DNA from: Octopus vulgaris
Taxonomy: Eukaryota
Assembly: GCA_951406725.2 (NCBI GenBank)
Contig: OX597827.1
Location: forward strand, 69,502,001 to 69,566,000
Direction of reading: 5' to 3'
DNA length: 64,000 nucleotides
The notes beneath the pieces were generated by a model, which ran no database searches, was not told the DNA's origin, and saw only the letters and a program-made list of their open reading frames with translations. The position numbers were made by a program, and so were the translations under genes. This document shows, piece by piece, positions 52,801 to 64,000 of this stretch. How positions within the stretch are numbered: position 1 is the stretch's first letter; the number at the start of each line of letters is the position of its first letter.

Positions 52801-55800
52801 GATATGTGTATATCACCATCTTCATCATTTGACCCTTTAGCATTTTAACCAGTCATATCCGGCCCAGATACTCTACCAGTTTCATGTTCAAACTGGCCTG
52901 GTCTACCTTACAAAGTTACTCTAAAAGATAAACAATAACATCATCAAAATCTTGAAGCTACGAGATAAAGCATGGCCAATTCAACACTGTATAGATAAAT
53001 ATGCATTACATTGGGCAGAGTAATCTGAATGTTAAAGGGTTAATGTTTGTTTTCTAGGCTGGAAAGGGTCAGATGGCTCGAAAGGGATTGAAGAACCAGA
53101 GGACCAGGCCAAGCTTCAATGTCTGCTTTGGTATGATTATGATGGCTGGATGCTCTTATTCCTTTATTGCCCAAAAATGGCTAAACATAGAAGGGACAAA
53201 CAAGGACAGACAAATGGATTAAGTCGATTACATTGACCCCAGTGTGTAACTGGTACTTATTTAATTGACCCCGAAAAGATGAAAGGCAAAGTCGACCTCA
53301 GCGGAATTTGAACTCAGAACATAACAACAGATGAAATACCTATTTCTTTACTACCCACAAGGAGCTAAACACAGAGGGGTCAAACAAGGACAGACAGATG
53401 GATTAAGTCGATTATATCGACCCCAGTATGTAACTGGTACTTATTTAATCGACCCCAAAAGGATGAAAGGCAAAGTCGACCTCGGCAGAACTTGAACTCA
53501 GAACATGCGGCAAACGAAATACCACTAAGCATTTCATCCAGCATGCTAATGATTCTGCCAGCTCGCCGCCTTGAATGCCCTTCTAAACAGCAACCACTTT
53601 ACAGAGTATACTGGGTGCTTTTCATGTGGTACCAGCATTACTGAGGCAGCTTTATGCCAGGAGATGAGATGTTAAGGTGACAGGGGGACAGGTGTCTTGC
53701 TGTAGGGGATATACATGGTTACCCCAGCTGGAAGACGAGGAGGATGGTGGTGGTGAAGATATATATCAGGGCATACCCTCAACTTGCAAGAAAGTGAATA
53801 AAGAGAAGAGGTATGGGCAAGTTATATATGTGTTTGTATGTGTGAATATTTATATTCTCTGTCCTTGTATGACAGTATCAAGTAAATAAAATGCGTCATT
53901 ATGGTGACATTCCCTGTCAATGAATTGCCCCCTAACTAAAGAACATCTTACCTGAAATACAGGTAGGGATTAGCAAGCATAAGAGTACTTGCCTACAAAG
54001 CAATGCTTCAACAAGTATTCCCCCAACCCATTGTGACATGCCACAACAGACATAAAGCACAAACTAAGCAATATATCATCATCATCATCATCATCGTTTA
54101 ATGTCCACTTTCCATGCTGGCATGGGTTGAACAATTTGACTGAGGTCTGGCGAACCAGATGGCTGCACCAGACTCCAATCTGATTTGGCAGAGTTTCTAC
54201 AGCTGGATGCCCTTCCTAACACCAACCACTCCGAGAGTGTAGTGGGTGCTTTTACATGCCACTGGCACGAGGGCCAGTCAGGCAATACTGGCAACGGCCA
54301 TGCTCAAATGGTGCTTTTTATGTGCCACCTGCACAGGAGCCAGTCTAGCGGCACTGGCAACGACATGGCTTGAATGTTTTTTCATGTGCCACCAACAGAA
54401 GTGCCAGTGAGGTAATGCAGGTAACGATCACGCTCGAATGGTGCTTTTTAGGCGCCATCGGCACAGAGGCCAGCTTGTTGCTCTGGCAACGATCATGCTC
54501 GTATGGTACTCTTAGCGCTCTACAAGCATGGATGCCAGTCATCGAATTTGATTTCGATATATATATACATGTGTGAGTGTGTGTCTGTGTGTGCACAGAT
54601 GTGGCAGCGTGGTTAAGAAACTTGCTTTCCCAACCATATGGTTCAAGGTTCAGTCCCACTGCATGCCACTTTGGTCAAGTTTCTACAATAGCCTGAGGCC
54701 ATCCAAACTCTTGTGAATAGATTTGATTGATGGAAACTGAAAGAAGCTCATCACATATATATATATGTGTGTGTGTGTACCCTTGTGTAGAACATCACAT
54801 GGTCGTTTTTAAATGAGCAGCATCACACACAAGCAAGGATGTGTGTCTCCAGTCTTTGGTGAAAACATGACAAGCTATTGGAAAAATATGAAGGTTGGCA
54901 ACAGGAAGGGCATCCGGTGTGCACAAAATCTGCCTCAAGAAATTCAGTCTGACAGGTGAAAGCATGGAAAAATTGCACATTTAATGATGACGGTAAAACA
55001 GCTTCTGTTTACATAATCCAATCGCAAGATTTAGGTCAGTCTGGGGTTAGGTATGGTGCGGTGGAGGGGAGGGAGGAGAGAGAGAGAGGGGAATTCTAAT
55101 GTGGGGCACAAAGCCAGAAATTAAAATTAGGGTTACTCTTTACTCTATTTTACTTGTTTCAGTCATTTGACTTGCGGCCATGCTGGAGCACCACCTTTTT
55201 AGTCGAGCAAATCGACCCCAGGACTTATTCTTTGTAAGCCTAGTACTTATTCTATCTATCGGTCTCTTTTGCCGAACCGCTAAGTTACGGGGACGTAAAC
55301 ACACCAGCATCGGTTGTCAAGCGATGTTGGGCGGAGACAAACACAGACACACAAACATATACACATACACATACATACATATACGACAGGCTTCTTTCAG
55401 TTTCCGTCTACCAAATCCACTCACAAGGCTTTGGTCGGCCCGAGGCTATAGCAGAAGACACTTGCCCAAGGTGCTACGCAATGGGACTGAACCCGGAACC
55501 ATGTGGTTGGTAAGCAAGCTACTTACCACACAGCCACTCCTACAGGTTGGTCAATTATAAAAACCCTAGTATATACGACTGGTACTGGAAGTGATCGACT
55601 CCAGAGGGATGATAGGCTTCAGTGGGAATTGAACCTTAACACCAGGGATGAATACATTACTAAAAACACTTTGTCCTATGGGCTTGTGTGTCTGTTAATC
55701 CACTGCCCCATGTTGATATACATACATACGCGCGCACACATTCTTTCCACAATATGCACAAGGCCCGAAATTTTGGGGGAAGGTGCTCGTTGGTTTATAT

Positions 55801-55994
55801 ACACACGTACGTACATACATACATACATACACATTCACGCACACACACACACATTCTGTCTTCAGTATAACAAGGCCTGGAAGTTTTGGGGAGCGTGCTA
55901 GTCAATAACACCGAACCCTGAGTTCAACTGGTACTTAATTTATCGACCTCCCACCCCCCGAAGGGATGAAAAATGAAGTAGACCTCGGCTATAT

Positions 55995-56032
<38 letters not shown>

Positions 56033-56039
56033 ACTCAAA

Positions 56040-56272
56040 TACGAAGAGGTGTTGCATAATTCGTCGCTTGGGGTAAAAGAAAATACAGGAGGATCATAGT
56101 TAATTATGATTTTATTCAACATATTCCCCTCTCAGATTCACACACTTATTGCAGCGGACCTTCAGTTTTACTAAGCCCTGTATAAAGATAAAAAAAACCT
56201 CAGAAGGTCGGGCCTCGAACCAGGAATTTCGCGATACTCTGAAAGCCAGGAACTTTTCAGCACCCCTCGTAT
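56040..56272 (-). mobile_element. Internally deleted mariner element
   Basis: TACGAGGGGTGCTGAAAAGTTC terminus. Residual transposase C-terminus RCNKCVNLRGEYVE*. Confidence 0.65.
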
Positions 56273-56322
56273 AACAGTTTATACATACATACATACAGCA
56301 CCTCCTCGTATAACATAGATTA

Positions 56323-56354
<32 letters not shown>

Positions 56355-56797
56355 ACATAGATTATATATACACAAACACACATAAATTTTCAAGTCATAT
56401 GCATCCACCGTTTGTAAACAGACCCTTTTAAATCGCATTGTTTTCGTAATGATCCTCTTCTAAGCGTATCGTTAGCAAAACTTTGGGTTCACCCTTAAAT
56501 GTATGAACACAATAAACAAAAACCCGAGCGAGAAGATTCGAGACTACAGAATAGACATTCATACGATCAAACGATATATATATATATATATATATCATAC
56601 ACACATTTCTATAGAATTATATAGTGAGACTACAGAGCAGGGGGGTTGGCCTGGATTTTGGGGGCTCCGTAGTTTAATAGACGGGTTCGTAGCAATGCTT
56701 ATGCCTTTCTCGAAGAAATTACACTGCCTAGACATGTATACGTACAAATATTATACATACATAAAAATACTATATTTATACACTCCGCGCAACCACC

Positions 56798-56843
<46 letters not shown>

Positions 56844-56889
56844 GTGTGTGCGTGCGTGTGTGTATTATATGTATTTATACCTATATGTT

Positions 56890-56947
<58 letters not shown>

Positions 56948-57011
56948 TAATGAGCAGGAGAACGGAGGTTCTCAACATCTATGATTTTATTAAACAATTA
57001 TTTACACCATT

Positions 57012-57049
<38 letters not shown>

Positions 57050-57436
57050 AGAGAGAGAGACTGTGTACATATATACATGCGCACATAAAATATTTCGTAT
57101 ATACACAAACGAAGCGCCTGGAAAGAGAAAGAACGAGAGACTACTAGATCGCTCGACCTGCTAGAATTAACAACCTAATCGCCCTCAAACGATACTCTTC
57201 CTAAACAAAGAAGAATTAATACAGAGAATATAGTTCCTGATATATGATAGAGAAGGAATGGCTACAGCTGAACATACATACGCAACACATACACACAGAC
57301 AGACAGACACACGAATTGTATATATACACACACACAGAGAAAGAAGTTATAAATAACATAACATACATTCACAGAAGGTGGTTATAAGGTGCAGTGTAAA
57401 TATACACTCTCCTACAGAGCAAGGTTAACACTACCC

Positions 57437-57500
<64 letters not shown>

Positions 57501-57759
57501 GTATGTAGACAAACACACACTGCTATATTTGTATACAATGACGCATAAAATATCACGAAAATAAGGATAAAGCAAAACGAAAGTATTAATAGATAGAGCA
57601 AGCATTCACGGTTATTCCTAAAATAGATTGGACGGTCACGACGGGAACGCCTTTGAGATCGTAGCTTTGATTTGGGACGAAATAGAACGTAAAATATTAA
57701 GATACACACACACACAGATATATATGTGTGTGTGTGCGTCATATTGTTTACATATGAGC

Positions 57760-57808
<49 letters not shown>

Positions 57809-57824
57809 TATATATATACACACG

Positions 57825-57871
<47 letters not shown>

Positions 57872-58041
57872 AACAAAGAAACAGTATTTACGAAATGGTG
57901 TTGCGTAAATTTAGTATTATTCATTACTGTAAGGTGTGTAATATATATGTGGTATGCCAGGCTGTTTGTGTTTATATTTTGCACAGATTATATATACATA
58001 TATATACATACATGTACGAGAGCGTACGTGCATGTATATAA

Positions 58042-58077
<36 letters not shown>

Positions 58078-58419
58078 TGATTCGATGAGCGAAATCATCT
58101 ACCTGCAAAATGAAAGGTTTTTTTTTCTCAAAAATATTTATATACAAATCCGTACAATTCTATGTAATATACAGTATCACAAGATTTATATATATATCAT
58201 AATAGATGTAAGATGTAATGTATGTATGTATTTATATATATATATACCCGACTGGTTTGATCGTCAATAGTTTTTTCACACTTGGTAAGGCATCGTCTGG
58301 AGGAAGCTAGCTAGTTGCTGCACATCATTGTAACTTCGAGAGTGGCTTGATCAATAAACGACTGGGCTGTGTGTGTTGTTTATGTGTGAAAGCGCGCGAG
58401 AGTGTGCGTGTGCGCGTGC

Positions 58420-58563
58420 GTGTATATACACAGAGGAGGGTGTGTGTGTGTGTGTGTGTGTATGCGTCTACAGAGGGGAGAGCGTGTGTGTGTGTGTGTG
58501 TGTGTGCGTGTAGATATACAGAGGAGGGTGTGTGTGTGTGTATGCGTCTACAGAGGGGAGAGC

Positions 58564-58594
<31 letters not shown>

Positions 58595-58855
58595 CAGAGG
58601 AGGGTGTGTGTGTATGCGTCTACAGAAGGGAGAGTGTATGTGTGTGTGTGTGTGCGTGTATATATACAGAGGAGGGTGTGTGTGTGTGTGCGTGTAGATA
58701 TACAGAGGAGGGTGTGTGTGTGTGTGTATGCGTCTACAGAGGGGAGAGTGTATGTGTGTGTGTGTGTGTGCGTGTATATATACAGAGGAGGGTGTGTGTG
58801 TGTGTATGCGTCTACAGAGGGGAGAGTGTATGTGTGTGTGCGTGTGTATATAGAT
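58420..58855. repeat. Compound minisatellite TACAGAGGAGGG(TG)n TATGCGTCTACAGAGGGGAGAG(TG)n
   Basis: About five higher-order units. Confidence 0.9.
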
Positions 58856-58895
58856 TAGAATGTGTATGCATATGAGAACGTGTGTGCATATACAT

Positions 58896-58941
<46 letters not shown>

Positions 58942-59303
58942 ATATGTGTATTTTGTGTTTAGTCGCTGGAAATGGAAACTATATATAGAACAGAATCAGG
59001 GTGTAGATACATAATTAAACGTATATACATAACAAATAAATAAATAAATAAATGAACGTGCGATGAAATAAATAAGTAAATAAAATAAATAAATAGTCGG
59101 AGTGATATTGTTTATTATTATTATTATTATTATTATTATTTTTTTTTTTTTCGGTTTTTTATGCTTCCCCACCAATTTGTTTTCTACGGCTTACGGACAC
59201 AAGAAGACAGTTTGAATGATGGACAAGACTCAATCGCCATATATAGACAAACGTGACGTATATATGTGTCTATAGGCACGCACATATGCAAAGAAAGATA
59301 CAT

Positions 59304-59369
<66 letters not shown>

Positions 59370-59495
59370 ATGCATACACACACACACAAACAGAAACACT
59401 CGTAGTGTGTGTGTGGTGTGTGTGTGTACATAGGTTTTCCTCCTCAGGGTCTAACATACGGATACATGCTCTATTTATAAACATTGCGTGTGTGA

Positions 59496-59530
<35 letters not shown>

Positions 59531-59619
59531 AGAGGAGAGAAAACGTTTGTTTGGGTAGATAAAATATACTGAATAGAAAGAAATACATAACAAAAAAAGC
59601 CATGCTTACATAATACACT

Positions 59620-59650
<31 letters not shown>

Positions 59651-59679
59651 TACATATATATAGATAGATAGATAGATAC

Positions 59680-59723
<44 letters not shown>

Positions 59724-59872
59724 ACACACACACACACACATATATATACACACACACACACACAAATATATGTACACATACACATTTTGTAATTTGTTTC
59801 TTAAGGATAAATATATACAAGTGTATGCATTTGTGTATATAGATACATATATGTATATGCATGCGTGTGTAT

Positions 59873-59935
<63 letters not shown>

Positions 59936-59939
59936 CATA

Positions 59940-60240
59940 AGTGAAGGCACGTGGCTTAGTGGTTAAGCCATTCCGTTCATGATCGTAAGTGCGTGAGTTC
60001 AATTCCAGTCGACGCATTGTGTCCTTGAGCAAGACACTTTATTTCACGTTGCTCCAGTCCTCTAAGCTGGCAGAAATGAACGGTACCTGTAATTCAAAGG
60101 CGGTCATCCTTATCACATTCTGTTAAGGGTATGCATGTCTGTGGAGTGCTCAACCACTTGCACGTTAATTCCACGAGCAAGCTGTTCCGCAGATCCTATC
60201 AGCTGGGACACTCGTCGTCGTAACCGACGGAGTGCTCTTC
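59940..60240 (+). mobile_element. Third tRNA-derived SINE family
   Basis: GTGGCTTAGTGGTTA (A box), GAGTTCAATTCC (B box), GTGTCCTTGAGCAAGACAC. Related copies at 17590, 17947-18240, 2690-2950 (-), 23630-23895 (-) and 61370-61670. Confidence 0.8.
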
Positions 60241-60452
60241 CATGCACATACACGTATTCTTTTATTTGTTTCAGTCATTTGACTGTGGCCATGCTGGAGC
60301 ACCGCTTTTAGTCAAACAAATCGACCCCAGGACTTATTCTTTGTAAGCCTAGTACTTATTCCATCGGTCCTTTTTGCTGAATCGCTAAGTTACGGGGACG
60401 TAAACACACCAGCATCGGTTGTCAAGCGATGGTGGTATATATACATTGTGTG

Positions 60453-60506
<54 letters not shown>

Positions 60507-60738
60507 CGGTAAGCTTTATGAAAATAGACGAAGGCAGGTTTACGGAAATAAACAAAAGACGAAGCTTACTTCTCAACCACATGGTTCCGGGTTCAGTTCC
60601 AGTGCGAGGCACCTTGGGCAAGTGTCCTCTACCATAGCCTCGGGCTGAAAGAAGCCCGTCGTGTGTGTATATGTATATAAATATATATTCTTTATTTTAT
60701 TTGTTTCAATCATTGATTGCGGCCATGCTGGATCACCG

Positions 60739-60785
<47 letters not shown>

Positions 60786-63394
60786 GCACACATACATACA
60801 TACAGGTATATATATATATATATAGGTAGGTATATACCCTACGAAGTTTTCCGTAGTGGTTCATCCTGGATAGGTTGATAAAAATCGTGACTTGAAACTC
60901 GAAACTCACAAGTAAAATAAAAAGAATGCGAATATTACTTTACAGCTGTTTCTGGGGAATGACGCTCAGTAACTGCAGTAATCTGCACAATGTGTACATA
61001 TACGTGAAGCAGGTTGATGTTAGTAGATGCATATGAAATAACACGAGCTTTAATGAACAATTCATCCATTTTCTGAAGAAATATTGGGACCCAAATATAC
61101 CTGAAGAATAAACACCACCATATGACACACATAGTCCGTCATGATGGCGCTGAAGCATGGCGACAGTCCAATAATCGATAAAAGTAAAAGAATAAAAATA
61201 TAAGGATTATATTTGAACTCAGAACGTAAAGGCAGACGAAATACCTTTTTCTGTATTACCCACAAGGGGCTAAGCATAGAGGGGACAAACAAGGACAGAC
61301 ATAGGTATTAAATATAAGGATTATAAACACACGCTCACGTTTATACATATCTACATACACCCACAGTGCAGTTACATGGCTCAGTGGTTAGAAATATCGG
61401 GCTCAAAATCGTGAGGTTGTGAGTTCGATATCTGCACCGGACTGTGTAATGTGTTCTTGAGCAAGACACTTTATTTCACTTCGCTTCAGTTCACTCAGCT
61501 GTAGAAATGAGTTGTGACGTCATTGGTGCCAAGCGATATCGACTTTTGCCTTTTCCTTGGACAACATCGGTGACGTGAAGAAGAGAGGCTGGTATGCATG
61601 GGTGACTACTGGTCTTCCATAAACAACCTTACCCTCGGAAGGAAACTTTCTAGGTGTAATTCCATGGTTATTCGTGGCGGTAGGGATGACAAAAGCGTCA
61701 CCGTCCTTGATTTTCTGGAACGGAATTGTACCCTGAACAAGACATTCTAAATGCTTCGAGAAGGCATTAGGAAGAAACCGGACAAGGATCTGAAAACAAT
61801 CTGCATTCGCTATGACAAATATGTAACCACGGCAGAATCCTTAGCACGCCGGGCGAAATGCATAGCGGTATTTCGTCTGCCGTTACGTTCTGAGTTCAAA
61901 TTCCGCCGAGGTCAACTTTGCCTTTCATCCTTTCGGGGTCGATTAAATAAGTACCAGTTACGCACTGGGGTCGATGTAATCGACTTAATACCTATGTCTG
62001 TCCTTGTTTGTCCCCTCTATGCTTAGCCCCTTGTGGGTAATAAAGAAATAAGTATTTCGTCTGCCTTTTCGTTCTGAGTTCAAATTCCGCCGAGGTCAAC
62101 TTTGCCTTTCATCCTTTCGGGGTCGATAAATTAAGTACCAGTTATGCACTGGGGTCGATATAATCGACTTAGTCCGTTTGTCTGTCCTTGTTTATCCTCT
62201 CTGTGCTTAGCCCCTTGTGGGTAATAAAGAAATAGGTACTTCGTCTGCCGCTACGTTCTGAGTTCAAATTTCGCCGAGGTCGACTTTGCCTTTCATCCTT
62301 TCGGGCTCGAGAAATTAAGTTGCGTACTGGAGTCGATCTAATCGACTGCCCCCCCACTCTCCCAAAATTTCAGGCCTTGTGCCTAGAGTAGAAAAGAATA
62401 AATTAAGTAAGAAGCGCAGACGTGGCTATGAGGTAAGAAGTTTGCTTCTAAACCACATTGTTCCGGGTTCAGTCCCATTGCGTGGTACCTTGGGCAATGT
62501 CTTACATTATACCTTCAAGCCGACCAGAGCCTTGCGAGTGATTTGATAGACGGAAACTGAAAGAAGCTCATCATATGCATGCATGAGTGTGTGTGTGTGT
62601 GTGTGTGTTTATCTCTCACCACCGCTCTCCGCTTGACAACTGCTGTTGGTGTGTTTACGTTCCCCTAACGTAGAGGTTCGGCAAAAGCAAACCGATAGAA
62701 TAAATACCAGGCTTGAAAACAAAATCGATTCATTCGATCAAAAACTCTTCAAAGCTGCGCTCCAGCATGGCCGCAGTCTAGTGACTGAAACACAAGCAAA
62801 TCAGCTTGGCTGGTAATTCTTCCATCCATCCATCGCAGAGCTCGGAGCTTCCACCCATTTGATTCAACGAGGGGACAGTCTCCAGAAACAACAAAGATCT
62901 GTGGGTAGGACAATAATACACATACACGAATTTTAGTCAAGACGATTCGGAAGTAGAGCTCAACGTGTCGCTTGTGATGGAATCTCTGCTGGCTTTTGTG
63001 TACAGAGGAAGAGAGAGTTACGCTCGCCATCAGGAACAACATGAACGACCTGTGTCACCTAATGAAATGCGATGGCCTCTTTTGCATAAGTTTCGGGCGC
63101 AACACAGACACACACACTTTTACAAATATCTACAGACACATATTTATGCATATTTACATATACAGATATATTCACTCACACATATATACGTATATATATC
63201 TTCATATACATATAAATTTATACATACATGTATCTATCTATCTATTTATCCATCCATCTGTCTATCTCTCCCTCTCTCTATCTATCTACCTATCTCTCCT
63301 TCTCTGTCTATCTATCTATCTATCTATCTATCTGCCTAACTCTCTCTCTATCTATCCCTCTCTGTCTATCTATCTACCTATCTCTCCCTCTCTG

Positions 63395-63451
<57 letters not shown>

Positions 63452-63719
63452 ATCTATCTCTCCCTCCCTCTCTGTCTATCTACTTATCTCCCCGCCACCT
63501 CTCTCTCTCTCTCTCTCCACACACATACACACCAAACAGACACACGGACTCGCTCCCTTATAGCTCAACACACAAAGAGAGAGACAAACGTCAACACAAA
63601 CTGTAAACAAGAGATAAAAGGCTACAAAAGCCAAAACAGGCGGATGAGCTTACAAAGCTGAAAGCAGCTCGAATCGTTACTCAGCTTCTAATTGTCGACC
63701 TTGAGACAGAGAGAGAAAA

Positions 63720-63775
<56 letters not shown>

Positions 63776-63830
63776 ACACAGAAACGCGTGTGCCTATACA
63801 CATACAGATTTGTAGGGAATACTTGGTTGC

Positions 63831-63898
<68 letters not shown>

Positions 63899-64000
63899 AT
63901 ATATATATATATATATTCTCTTTTACTCTTTTACTTGTTTCAGTCATTTGACTGCGGCCATGCTGGAGCACCGCCTTTAATCGAGCAACTCGACCCCGGA

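Noticed and set aside
56503-63971. Numerous YI/CV/LS-rich ORFs
   Set aside because: Translations of (TA)n, (TG)n, (TC)n, (TCTA)n and SINE sequence with no recognisable protein

Overview
Eukaryotic, AT-rich and microsatellite-saturated DNA whose repeat families point to an octopus (coleoid cephalopod) genome; this species call is inference. One protein-coding gene is supported: a Yippee-like (YPEL1/2/3-type) gene on the minus strand. Its four coding exons (19721-19617, 14890-14847, 10564-10456, 8658-8569) splice cleanly by GT-AG rules into a 115-aa protein. It has a probable ~4.3-kb 3'UTR and candidate non-coding first exons near 39.5 kb and 45.7 kb. The rest of the window is tRNA-derived SINEs, LINE fragments (RTE, BovB-like, R4-like, CR1-like), a Penelope-like GIY-YIG fragment, MITEs, a Helitron and tandem repeats. 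The most interesting non-obvious signals are: (i) about seven type-I hammerhead ribozyme motifs from several repeat families, including a tRNA-headed inverted pair inserted as one unit; (ii) a 5S rRNA + tRNA-SINE chimera inserted as a single event, with a TSD and an empty-site paralog; (iii) a SINE that multimerises at a fixed junction in its anticodon-like arm; (iv) recurrent local inverted templated insertions; (v) overlapping uORFs on YPEL. All coordinates were read by eye, and repeat boundaries are approximate.
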